Assembly (NCBI GenBank): GCA_041389085.1
Contig: JAWKSL010000001.1
Coordinates: forward strand, 102,765-166,764
DNA from: Minisyncoccota bacterium
GTDB lineage: Bacteria > Patescibacteriota > Minisyncoccia > UBA6257 > 1-14-0-10-44-23
Direction of reading: 5' to 3'
Length of the DNA: 64,000 bases
The notes beneath the pieces are model-generated. The model was not told the origin of the DNA. It made no database searches and worked only from the letters and a program-made list of their open reading frames with translations. Position numbers and translations under genes: made by a program. Positions 48,432 to 57,085 of the stretch are shown piece after piece (positions within the stretch are counted from its first letter, which is position 1; each line of letters starts with the position of its first letter).

Positions 48432-49010
48432 ATGGATAGGAAGGAGAAGATATATTCGGTAGCAAAGAATCGGCAGAGTGGAATTGTTGTTGTGCTTGAA
48501 GATGTTCACGATCCACACAATGCCGCTGCGATACTTCGTAGTTGCGATGCGTTTGGCGTACAGGATGTATATTTTATTTTTGATAAGCAAAAACCCTACA
48601 ACCCTGCTCGCGTTGGTAAGGTAAGTTCGTCTTCAGCAAACAAATGGCTGAGCTACAAACGATTTAGTAGCGCTTCGGAGTGCGCGAGCGAACTTAAGCG
48701 CGATGGCTTTACCACATTCGCCACTATCCTTGATAAGGAGGCCCGCAGCATTTTTAAAACTAAATTCTCTAAACATAAAAAGATAGCCATCTTTTTTGGT
48801 AACGAGAAAGACGGACTCTCCCCTGAGGCCATTCGCTGCTGCGATAAAAAGGTATATATACCGATGCGCGGACTTGTGCAAAGTCTTAATGTTTCCGTAA
48901 CTGCTGCACTTTTTATTTTTGAGGCAACTCGACAGCGCGGTAGCTCTTCACGTTTTAAAAGGAAAAAGAGCGATGTAGACGCTCTTTTTGACGATCTTTC
49001 CTCTCGCTAA
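48432..49010 (+). CDS. trmH: SpoU-family tRNA (Gm18) methyltransferase
   Basis: LEDVHDPHNAAAILRSCDAFG, FGNEKDG, IPMRGLVQSLNVSV. Confidence 0.9.
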   Translation: MDRKEKIYSVAKNRQSGIVVVLEDVHDPHNAAAILRSCDAFGVQDVYFIFDKQKPYNPARVGKVSSSSANKWLSYKRFSSASECASELKRDGFTTFATILDKEARSIFKTKFSKHKKIAIFFGNEKDGLSPEAIRCCDKKVYIPMRGLVQSLNVSVTAALFIFEATRQRGSSSRFKRKKSDVDALFDDLSSR

Positions 49011-50242
49011 TCTATCTTGCTCAGATCGCGATTTCTAAAGAAGTTAATTGTCCAGTCGAGCATTATTTGTAAGCGCTTTGGCCAGCTCGCAAAGTTGAAC
49101 AGATAAATTGTTCGCCACATAAACCAGGCGATAAAGCCACTGAAGTGAAACGGACCTATCTTTGCAAGCGCTTTGTGGTTTCCAAGACTTACAAGCCTTC
49201 CCTTCTCCCTATATTCAAATGGTTTTACACTCTTTCGCCCGAGGAGACTTTCAATATTTTTACCGATATATTCCCCCTGCTCTTTTGCTACCTGTGCGAG
49301 CATAGGGAGCATGCTTTCGTCGTGCCAGTGCGCACCTGCTATATCTCCAAGAACAAAAACGTCTTCCCCTGATTTTATTCTTAGATTTTTATCTACAAGG
49401 ATTCTTCCTCTTTCCGCCTCTGGCTCAGGCATAACCGAAACTGGGTTTGCCTTTACCCCTGCAGACCAAATTGTGGTGTGTGAAGGTATTTTTTGCCCAC
49501 CGCTTGTAGTAAGCGAGTCGCTCTCTACTTTTACTACTTTCGTGTTGTTTATTATGTTTACTCCAAGATTGGTGAGTATTTTCTGGGTATTTTCTTGGAA
49601 GTGGCGCTCAAAATGCTTGAGAGGAAACTCATCGCTATTTATAAGATTGAGTGTAATTTCACTCTCTTTTATTTGTGTATATTCTTTTGTAGCTGTTTCA
49701 AAAAGCCACTCCGCGAGCTCCCCTGCTAGCTCAACGCCTGTTGGCCCTGCGCCTACAATTGAAAAGCTTAAAAGTTTTTTGCGCTCATCTTCGTCGTGCT
49801 TTTGATTTGCCTCTTCGAGAACTGCGAGGATTTTATTCTTAATTATCTGCGCGTCTTTCAGAGTTTTTAGTGAAAGACAGTACTCTTGTGCTCCTTCTAT
49901 ATTGAAAAAGTTATTCACCGCACCGAGTGCAAGCACGAGCACGTCGTAGCTTATTGTTTGATGCTCGAGCTCTACAGTTTTTTCTTGTGTATTGATGCGC
50001 TTGATTGAGCTTTCAATAAACTGAGCATCATCACCAATAAGGCTTCGAATCGGTTCTATAACATGGCTTCTGTTGAGCGAGCCGGTTGCTACCTCGTGAA
50101 TGAGTGGAGTAAAGACGAAATAGTTGTTTTTATCTACTAGGGTGATGTCGAAGTTCTTCCGCACTTTTTTTGGCATACTTCGATAGGTGTAAAGACCCGC
50201 AAATCCTATGCCGAGGATAACGAGTTTTTGCTTTTGCTTCAT
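49007..50242 (-). CDS. ndh: Type II NADH dehydrogenase-like flavoprotein
   Basis: GIGFAG, FTPLIHEVATG, VGAGPTGVELAGE, IWSAGV, LGD, AQVAKEQG. Confidence 0.88.
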   Translation of the reverse strand: MKQKQKLVILGIGFAGLYTYRSMPKKVRKNFDITLVDKNNYFVFTPLIHEVATGSLNRSHVIEPIRSLIGDDAQFIESSIKRINTQEKTVELEHQTISYDVLVLALGAVNNFFNIEGAQEYCLSLKTLKDAQIIKNKILAVLEEANQKHDEDERKKLLSFSIVGAGPTGVELAGELAEWLFETATKEYTQIKESEITLNLINSDEFPLKHFERHFQENTQKILTNLGVNIINNTKVVKVESDSLTTSGGQKIPSHTTIWSAGVKANPVSVMPEPEAERGRILVDKNLRIKSGEDVFVLGDIAGAHWHDESMLPMLAQVAKEQGEYIGKNIESLLGRKSVKPFEYREKGRLVSLGNHKALAKIGPFHFSGFIAWFMWRTIYLFNFASWPKRLQIMLDWTINFFRNRDLSKID

Positions 50243-50264
50243 ATAGAGAAGGATAGCTTAGATT

Positions 50265-51726
50265 TTATTTCTTTTTTAGGTCGAGCAAATCTATCTTCCC
50301 GGTAACGCCAACCTGCTCAACAAACTCTGGAAGGTGGGATACTAGAATCATAGCCCCCTGATAGTCTTTAAGAGCCTTTGCAATTACAGGGAGGTGGCGG
50401 AAGTTTATGTGGTTTGTAGGCTCGTCGAGAATAAGGAGTCCTGGGCGCTGAAGCACTAGGCGTGCAAAGCTCAAAAGCCCCTTTTGCCCTTCTGAGAGGT
50501 AGGAAATATGGTGGCGCATAAGCTCAGAGTCGATAAGGAACGAAGCTGCTGTTGAGCGTACTTCTTCTTCTGTGCGACCTGTCGCTACATCAATAAGGCT
50601 GTCGTATACTTTCTGCTCTGGATCGAGCGTAGAGAAATCTTGTCGGTAATAACCAACTTTACTCCTCCTCTATCTTTACTCCTTTTGCCTCGTTGTTTGC
50701 TATGCGTTCAAGCCAGGTAGTTTTCCCAATACCGTTTGGACCTGAAAGAAGAATCTTTTCTTTCTTGTGCAGTCCTAGTTCGAGCTTCTTCTCTACTATC
50801 TTGTCTTTTTGAATAACGGAAACTGAGCTAATTGTTGCAATTAAACTCTCAAGACCTTCTTGCGGTGGAATTGAAAATGGGCGAATAGTTTTATCTTCGC
50901 GAGTTGCCTCTCCCATACCTTCCTCAAGCTCCTCTACTCTGTCTCTCATCTTTTTAGCAACAACACGCATCTTTCCTCCTTTTTGAGCAAAGAAGTTTGC
51001 CTTGTCTTTTCTTTCTTGAATTTCCTTTTCTGCCTTTGCTCTTTGACGACGTTCTCTGTCTTGCTTTGCTGCAATTTCATTTACTACGTCGTTGTAGTTT
51101 CCATCAAACTTTTCGAGCTTCTTTGTAAAAATATCGAGATACAAAACCCCGTCGGTAAAGGCGTTTAGGAACTCTGCATCGTGGGAAATAACCAAGCAGG
51201 TTTTTGGATACTCAACGAGAAACTGTGTAAGGTGCTTTAACCCTTCTACATCGAGGTTGTTTGTAGGCTCATCGAGCAAAAGAATATCTGGATTCTTTAT
51301 CAGTGCGCTCGCGAGCAAAATTCGCGCTTGCTGCCCTCCTGAGAGCTCTTTAAGCTTTCTGTCTGTTGGTACTTGAAGGTTTACCGCATCAAAAACCTTA
51401 GCGATACGCGGATCTATATCGTACACCTTTTCAGTAAAAAGGCTTTCGAAGTACTCCTTTATTTTCAAATCGAGCTTGTCTTTTGGAATAACCTGCTCGG
51501 CGATAGCGATGGTAGCTTTCTTATCTATAGAAACGCTCCCATCCTCTGGTTTGAGTTTGCCAGCGATAAGCTTAAAAAGAGTAGATTTTCCTGCCCCGTT
51601 TTGCCCCATAAGCACTATTTTGCTTCCTCTGCGTAAACTAAAGTTTGCCTCATTAAGAATGGGCTTATTGTGTCCGTATTCAAACGATACGTCGGTAAAT
51701 TTAAGAATTACGTTGCCGTTGCTCAT
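50265..51726 (-). CDS. ABC-F family ATPase, split by a frameshift near 50660
   Basis: GQNGAGKS, LSGGQ, LDEPTNNLD; second NBD GPNGIGKT continues in another frame as KVGYYRQ ... LSEGQKG, LDEPTNH. Confidence 0.88.
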
Positions 51727-51806
51727 AAGCTAGCTATAAAGCCCTATTCTAGGTTAAATAACGCCTTGTTTCAAGCTTAAACAAAAAGAGCCCTTGCGGG
51801 CCTTTT

Positions 51807-51950
51807 TTATTTCTTAAACGCCTTCATGCGCTTCGCGTGGGCCTTCGCCTTCTTCTCTGCAAGCATCGTTGCTTTTGCAGCACGTCGCTTTGCAGTCTTT
51901 TTTGAGCGAGATGGAAGCTTCTTTCCTACTCCTGTTCTTCGTTTTGACAT
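51807..51950 (-). CDS. 47-aa very basic protein (missed by ORF track)
   Basis: MSKRRTGVGKKLPSRSKKTAKRRAAKATMLAEKKAKAHAKRMKAFKK, followed by a terminator. Confidence 0.7.
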   Translation of the reverse strand: MSKRRTGVGKKLPSRSKKTAKRRAAKATMLAEKKAKAHAKRMKAFKK

Positions 51951-51986
51951 ATTACCTATAAACTTATGATTTGCCTTAGACTAGCA

Positions 51987-52289
51987 TTAAACTAATCTTA
52001 TCTCAATCGCTACCTTATCTTGATCAAAGAGCCCTTCAGCTTTTCTGACCTGTGCTTTGAGCGGGAGAAGATAAGTCCCAGACTTTTTGTCAGGGAAAAT
52101 TGAGGTACTCCACTGCGTCTTCCCTATCTTTACCTCTACTGGAAGCGAACCCCAACCACGCGCTTGGTCTTTGAAGTCTTTTTTAATTTGCTCGCTTTCC
52201 TTTTTCGGCACGCTCGCAAAATGCCAACCTCCCATACCAGGGTAGGCAAAAACTTGGGTTTTTACTTTGTACTGTTTTTTCTTCGGCAT
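51987..52289 (-). CDS. DUF1905 family protein
   Basis: GGWHFASVP, RGWGSLPV, WSTSIFPD, YLLPLKAQVRKAE. Confidence 0.88.
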   Translation of the reverse strand: MPKKKQYKVKTQVFAYPGMGGWHFASVPKKESEQIKKDFKDQARGWGSLPVEVKIGKTQWSTSIFPDKKSGTYLLPLKAQVRKAEGLFDQDKVAIEIRLV

Positions 52290-52438
52290 AGCTTTACTAC
52301 CCTTATCGCACCTACTGTAGCGACTATTACTCCGAGTAGTTGCCCGCCCGGACTATCGTCGTACTCACCGTAGACAAACATAAGTACTCCTAAAACTATA
52401 AGTAGGGCGTAGAGGAGAGCTGCTTTAAAGCCGCTCAT
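52262..52438 (-). CDS. 58-aa two-TM protein (missed by ORF track)
   Basis: Two TM segments around GEYDDSPGGQLLG; abuts its neighbours. Confidence 0.7.
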   Translation of the reverse strand: MSGFKAALLYALLIVLGVLMFVYGEYDDSPGGQLLGVIVATVGAIRVVKLCRRKNSTK

Positions 52439-52642
52439 CTATTTCTTCAAATACTTCCCTGCGATGCTGAGTGCGAATGATGGGAGTATGATGAACACGC
52501 TTATAAAGAGAAGCTCGTGAAGCCTCTGGTTTAGCACTGAAGCCCCTTCTCCATCTGGACCTCCTGCGAGGATAAGCAAAATGCCTATTATCCCAAACGC
52601 TACTGAGGCGCAAATAAATATGTTTGTTGCTATTTTTTGCAT
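52439..52642 (-). CDS. Small two-TM protein
   Basis: IILPSFALSIAGKYL. Confidence 0.75.
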   Translation of the reverse strand: MQKIATNIFICASVAFGIIGILLILAGGPDGEGASVLNQRLHELLFISVFIILPSFALSIAGKYLKK

Positions 52643-52694
52643 AGCTCTATATTAGCCTAATTTTGGCTTTACGTCGTGGATATTTTTTTGGTCT

Positions 52695-53291
52695 CTATGA
52701 GTCTTTTATGTCTTCAATGAGCTCTGGGAACGTTTCTTGTGTAAAATGCCCCCTATCCTCGAACCATTGAAGTTTAATGTGTGGGATATTTTTCTTATAT
52801 TTCTCCGCGTCTTGATATGGTACGGCTTCGTCGTCTTTGCTTTGGTATAGGAAAATGCGTTCTGTCTGCTCACCAAGCCCTTCTATACTTTCTCCAAGCT
52901 CAAAATCTGCAAGTGAATCCTTGCAGTGCTCTGTGTCGTATGGCGGCGCAACAAGATGGACGGATTTTATCTTCTTTGGGAATTTGTTCTCAGCTAAGTA
53001 TTTTGCGAGAAAAATGCCACCCAAAGAGTGACCAATCAGAACAACCTCGTCATTCAGTAGAGGAAAAAGTTTTTCAAACCACATCTTCCACTCAGGGTAT
53101 CGAGCGTTCTTAGCGTTTGGCATCTTAGGATAAAGAACATCAAAATCTGGAAGTACTGATTGAAGCCTATCCTTCCAGTCCCTTGCCTTTATTTTCTCTA
53201 TAGTTAGCTTGCAAGACTCCAAATACCCTAAGTATTCTTCGTAGGTCTCGAAAGTTGTACCTCCATGGATTATTACGATCTGCTGCTTCAT
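52695..53291 (-). CDS. RBBP9/YdeN-like alpha/beta hydrolase
   Basis: IIHGG, GHSLGG, SKDDEAVP, RGHF. Confidence 0.9.
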   Translation of the reverse strand: MKQQIVIIHGGTTFETYEEYLGYLESCKLTIEKIKARDWKDRLQSVLPDFDVLYPKMPNAKNARYPEWKMWFEKLFPLLNDEVVLIGHSLGGIFLAKYLAENKFPKKIKSVHLVAPPYDTEHCKDSLADFELGESIEGLGEQTERIFLYQSKDDEAVPYQDAEKYKKNIPHIKLQWFEDRGHFTQETFPELIEDIKDS

Positions 53292-53358
53292 ATCAAAACT
53301 ATACCTAAAATGAGAAATAACGCCTTCACACGTACGTGTGAGGCGTTTATTTTAAATG

Positions 53359-53678
53359 CTCCGCGCAGGGATCGAACCTGCGACATCTTCGTTACGCTTT
53401 ACCTACTATTACTAGTAGTGCGGACTATATCATCGTCTTTCTATTTCTAGCGAAGACGCAAGGCGCTTCCCGTTGTTACGTAGCATGCTACGTAACAGCC
53501 GAGTACTCCCTTTTCGGGATAGTCTCTGAACCTTCCTACCCAAGGGCCAAGGCTTGGCTGCTGATTGCCCAGCCTAGACTGGGTTTCCAGCAATTCACCT
53601 TGTTTTTCAATCTGCATTTCTGCGAACCTGCGACATCTTCGTTAACAGCGAAGCGTTCTACCACTGAACTACCGCGGA
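53359..53678 (-). tRNA. tRNA-Asn(GTT) interrupted by an intron; exons 53678-53645 and 53394-53359
   Basis: TCCGCGG-TAGTTCAGTGGTAGAAC-G-CTTCG-CTGT|TAA-CGAAG-ATGTC-GCAGG-TTCGATC-CCTGC; the 3' acceptor strand is 2 nt short in a G-run. Confidence 0.88.
53395..53644 (-). ncRNA. Group I self-splicing intron, no ORF
   Basis: Core elements in order: P AATTGCTGGAAA, Q AATCAGCAG, R GTTCAGAGACTA, S GATGATATAGTCC; terminal G before the 3' exon. Confidence 0.9.
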
Positions 53679-53706
53679 ATACAGGAACGATAACAAAAAA
53701 CCCTTT

Positions 53707-55170
53707 TTAGCTCAATAGCTCCTTTATTACCTCCTGAAGGGCAGCAGGGTTTGCTCTTCCCTTGAGCTCTGCCATAGACTTTCCAACGAAAAACATAAGG
53801 AGCTTGTCGTTCCCGCCTTTGTACTTTTCTACTGCGTCTTGGTTTTCTTCCATCACCTTTTGAACTGCTTGTGCGAGGGTTTGCGGGTCGGAAATTTGCT
53901 CAAGGCCCTCTGACTTCACTATTTCTCGAGGGTCTCCCCCATTCTCATACATTTTTGCAAGCACGTCTTTTGCTGCTCTACTGTTTATCGTTTCTTTTTC
54001 TACAAGTACGATAAGGTCGGCAAAGTTTTCTGCTGTTATCTTGCTTTTGTGTGGATCGGAAATTCCGTCTTGGATAAGAAGGCCCTTAAAGTCACTGGTA
54101 AGGTAGTTATAAGCAAGCTGCGCTGCGCGCACTTGGTCGTTTACTTCTTCTGTTTTTAGCTCAGATACTGCTTCTTCAAAAAAGGCAGCGATTGGACGCT
54201 CAAGCGTAAGCAAGCCTGCTTGTTCTGCGTTTAGGCCAAACTCTTTCTGTAGTCTTTCTCTCTTCTCCCATGGGAGCTCAGGCATTTCTTCCTTAAGCCG
54301 ATTGAAATCAAACTGAGCGATGTTTATCGGTGGAAGATCTGGCTCTGGGAAGTAGCGGTAGTCGGCACTTGTTTCCTTTATGCGCTGACTTACTGTTTGC
54401 TTATTTATATCGTCCCAGCCGCGAGTTTCTTGTACTACCTTTTCCCCTTCCTCAAGCACCTTTGTTTGGCGCTCTATTTCGTAGCGGGCTGCTGCTTCTG
54501 CCATCTTGAAGCTGGCTATGTTTTTAACCTCTACTTTTGTACCGAATTTAAGCTCACCATCTTCCATAGTTCCAAGGCTGAGGTTTACCTCTACACGCAT
54601 CTGGCCTTTTTCAATGTCTGCATCGGCTACGCCAAGATAGCGAAGAAGGAGCTGGAGCTCGCGTGCGAACTCTCCTATTTTTTCTGGAGACTTTATGCAT
54701 GGCTCGGTAACGAGCTCCATAAGAGGCACTCCTGCTCGGTTAAAGTCTACAAGCGTTATTTTCTCCCCTGCCTCGTTTGCTCCATGGGTAAGCTTCCCAG
54801 TGTCTTCTTCTAAGTGCACTCGAGTGATTTTTACTCCTGCAAGAAGCCCACCGAATACAAACGGTATGTCGTACTGGCTTATCTGATAGCCCTTTGGCAG
54901 GTCTGGGTAGAAGTAGTTTTTTCTATCGAACTTTGAAACTGCAGGAATTTCTCCGCCAATGGCGGTACCAATCTTAAGCATAGACTCGATAGCCTTCTGA
55001 TTCATGACCGGAAGGGCTCCTGGCTGCCCGGTGCAAACTGGACAGATGTGCTTATTTGGCTCGGTTTCGTCTGGATCGTTTAAACACGCGCAGAACATTT
55101 TTGTGCGCGTGTTGAGCTCGGCGTGAATTTCTAGCCCGATAACTGGTATGTACTTAGGACTATTTGTCAT
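53707..55170 (-). CDS. gatB: Asp/Glu-tRNA amidotransferase subunit B
   Basis: IGLEIHAEL, FDRKNYFYPDLPKGYQISQ, HLEEDTGK, DFNRAGVPLMELVT, YRYFPEPDL. Confidence 0.97.
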   Translation of the reverse strand: MTNSPKYIPVIGLEIHAELNTRTKMFCACLNDPDETEPNKHICPVCTGQPGALPVMNQKAIESMLKIGTAIGGEIPAVSKFDRKNYFYPDLPKGYQISQYDIPFVFGGLLAGVKITRVHLEEDTGKLTHGANEAGEKITLVDFNRAGVPLMELVTEPCIKSPEKIGEFARELQLLLRYLGVADADIEKGQMRVEVNLSLGTMEDGELKFGTKVEVKNIASFKMAEAAARYEIERQTKVLEEGEKVVQETRGWDDINKQTVSQRIKETSADYRYFPEPDLPPINIAQFDFNRLKEEMPELPWEKRERLQKEFGLNAEQAGLLTLERPIAAFFEEAVSELKTEEVNDQVRAAQLAYNYLTSDFKGLLIQDGISDPHKSKITAENFADLIVLVEKETINSRAAKDVLAKMYENGGDPREIVKSEGLEQISDPQTLAQAVQKVMEENQDAVEKYKGGNDKLLMFFVGKSMAELKGRANPAALQEVIKELLS

Positions 55171-55270
55171 TTGTTTACTTTATCTTTTTAGTAAGTATAA
55201 TGGCACTAGCGGTTCGATGATGCAATAAGCGGTTTCTTGCCGAACCTAGCCCTTGTCGCGGAGTACAGCT

Positions 55271-55360
55271 GTGCGAAACTTTCTTTGTCGCATCTTCGGC
55301 ATCTGCCGAGACTGTCAGCAGAACAGCCATTGCGGTGGCTGCACCTGCTGCCGGACCTGA
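55271..55360 (+). CDS. 29-aa Cys-rich micro-protein candidate
   Basis: TTTACT-N17-TATAAT, hairpin leader, SD GGAG, GTG; MRNFLCRIFGICRDCQQNSHCGGCTCCRT. Confidence 0.45.
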   Translation: MRNFLCRIFGICRDCQQNSHCGGCTCCRT

Positions 55361-55368
55361 CCGTCCGA

Positions 55369-55929
55369 TCAACTCTCCCGTGCTATCAACTCGTATAGCG
55401 CGGGAGCTCTTTTTTTAAGAATCTCTATATTTCTTCTGTGCCAACCTAGCTCCCTTTGCCACTTCTTTGAGAGTCTAAAATTTAGCAATTTTCTTTCAAT
55501 TTTTGTAAGCGGGATGCCCTCTTTTTCTATTGAATGCCCGCTTACAAACGCGCTCACTGCTGATTTTGGATACCCCATTAGCTCTCCGACCTCCCTTTTT
55601 CTTATTGTTGCGTCTCCACTCCTCTCTGCCCTCTCTATTTTTTTTAGCGTCCTGCGAGTCTTTGCTACCTCACTGAATACCGTTAAATCACTGTCTTTGA
55701 TTGGGTAATTTATCCTTGGGTTGATGATTAGTTTATTCGCCTTTAGGTATTCTTCAAATTTTCTTATTCGTTCCCTGAAATCCTTCTCTGCTATTCCCTT
55801 TTCTTTACGATATGAAATTTCTACTAGGGCAGCTTTTTTTCTTCCACTCTTAAGCAAAACCAAATCTACTAACTCGCTTAAGCATAAAATGTCTTGAAAA
55901 TTTTCGATGCCCTCTAATATTCTTTTCAT
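55369..55929 (-). CDS. Hypothetical protein
   Basis: AT-rich ORF with G.LMGYPKSAV motif; start at ATG 55929. Confidence 0.75.
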   Translation of the reverse strand: MKRILEGIENFQDILCLSELVDLVLLKSGRKKAALVEISYRKEKGIAEKDFRERIRKFEEYLKANKLIINPRINYPIKDSDLTVFSEVAKTRRTLKKIERAERSGDATIRKREVGELMGYPKSAVSAFVSGHSIEKEGIPLTKIERKLLNFRLSKKWQRELGWHRRNIEILKKRAPALYELIARES

Positions 55930-56004
55930 ATGCAGAGGATAGCGCAGGGGCCTAAAAAGTGAAAGGCGCCGGCACACATGGTGTGACGGCGCCCTCGCTG
56001 GCCC

Positions 56005-56334
56005 CTAGAGGGGCTCGTCTGACCTGCGCACGAAGACAAGCAGGTCGACCTCCTTGTCTGCTCCTTCGACCTCGATGACGTCGTAGAGTCGGTGCACCTC
56101 ATTGGTCTTCTGCGGAATCCTCTCGAAAGCATCGATGAATTTCTGATCGATCTTGCAGTCTTCGAAAATCCTCTCTTCGTCGTTCATCGCGACGAAGATC
56201 TGGACAGCATCGAGGAAGCTATCCCTCGTATCCTCGAACCGCCTCCCTGAGACGGCGTAGTTGAGGTTGAGAGCGACCGCGCTCCACAGCCCATCTTCAT
56301 CGGGACAAATCAGGACCCTTACTTCTCTTTGCAT
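56005..56334 (-). CDS. HicB-like fold orphan (cassette 3)
   Basis: VLICPDEDGLWSAVALNLNYAVSGRRFEDTRDSFLDAV; TTGACT-N17-TAGCCT; SD GAGG. Confidence 0.65.
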   Translation of the reverse strand: MQREVRVLICPDEDGLWSAVALNLNYAVSGRRFEDTRDSFLDAVQIFVAMNDEERIFEDCKIDQKFIDAFERIPQKTNEVHRLYDVIEVEGADKEVDLLVFVRRSDEPL

Positions 56335-56452
56335 TCTAATCCTCTCTTTTGCGACGAAGGGTCCTTACAGGCTAGGCTTTTGACTAAAAAAAGTCAAAGG
56401 CGCCGACACACATGGTGTGCCGGCGCCCTATGAGTTTGTTAGCTTGAGCACG

Positions 56453-56668
56453 CTAGCTCTGACGGCCGAGGAAGGCAGCCTTGCTGAGGTTCGCCTGCAG
56501 CCCCTGCAGGACCCTGCGCTCGTGCATCTCTTCGCGCCGCATCTTGTCTTGGTAGACCTCGATGTAGCGATCGCACTCGCCCTTCGTGCCACAGAACACT
56601 TGGAGCCCTGCCCTCATGACTCGGTGGTACCTCTTGTCCTTTTTGATGCAGAGGAACTCGATCCGCAT
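56453..56668 (-). CDS. Small orphan (cassette 2)
   Basis: TTGACT-N18-TAGTCT; SD GAAAGGAG. Confidence 0.7.
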   Translation of the reverse strand: MRIEFLCIKKDKRYHRVMRAGLQVFCGTKGECDRYIEVYQDKMRREEMHERRVLQGLQANLSKAAFLGRQS

Positions 56669-56758
56669 GCCACGTCTCCTTTCTACTTTCTAGACTAGCC
56701 TATGCTATTTATAAAAGTCAAAGGCGCCGGCACACATGGTGTGACGGCGCCCTGATTG

Positions 56759-57085
56759 CTAGGCGGCGATGATGGGGACGCAGTTGATCGCGAAGACGTA
56801 GGGGGTGCCCTTCAACGTCTCGTAGCGCGCGATACCGCGCATAAGTCCGTTGAATTGCCTGGCACACCTGAGTACCTCCTTGGCCTTGTCGCGAGTACTA
56901 GGCCTGGCCTCCAAGTCCTCCCCTTCAACAAGGCGCCGCCCGACTTCTGCGATGAACGCGTCGATCGCCTCCTTGGTGTCTGCCCCTTTTGCGCGCAGAG
57001 TGCTGCCCGTGATCCCTTGCACAGCCCAACTCCCGTCTTCCTGACAGAAAAGCAGGGCTGCAACCTCTTTCTTTTCTTTATTCAT
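56759..57085 (-). CDS. HicB-like fold orphan (cassette 1)
   Basis: LLFCQEDGSWAVQG...AKGADTKEAIDAF; TTGACA-N17-TAGGCT; SD GAGGAGGT. Confidence 0.65.
   Translation of the reverse strand: MNKEKKEVAALLFCQEDGSWAVQGITGSTLRAKGADTKEAIDAFIAEVGRRLVEGEDLEARPSTRDKAKEVLRCARQFNGLMRGIARYETLKGTPYVFAINCVPIIAA

Larger units (their letters stand above)
55955..56753 (-). repeat. Three-copy 41-bp hairpin repeat (55955-55995, 56389-56429, 56713-56753), each downstream of an orphan gene
   Basis: AAAAGT(G/C)AAAGGCGCCG(G/A)CACACATGGTGTG(A/C)CGGCGCCCT. Confidence 0.95.

Noticed and set aside
55335-55368. SRP RNA-like GGTCAGGTCCGG...GCAGCC on the minus strand
   Set aside because: The GNRA tetraloop and AGCAG symmetric loop are not intact, and the flanking helix is weak; probably chance.
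55955-56753. CRISPR array interpretation of the 41-bp repeats (also 35285-35805)
   Set aside because: The spacers are 280-440 bp and each holds a full gene; no cas genes in the window.
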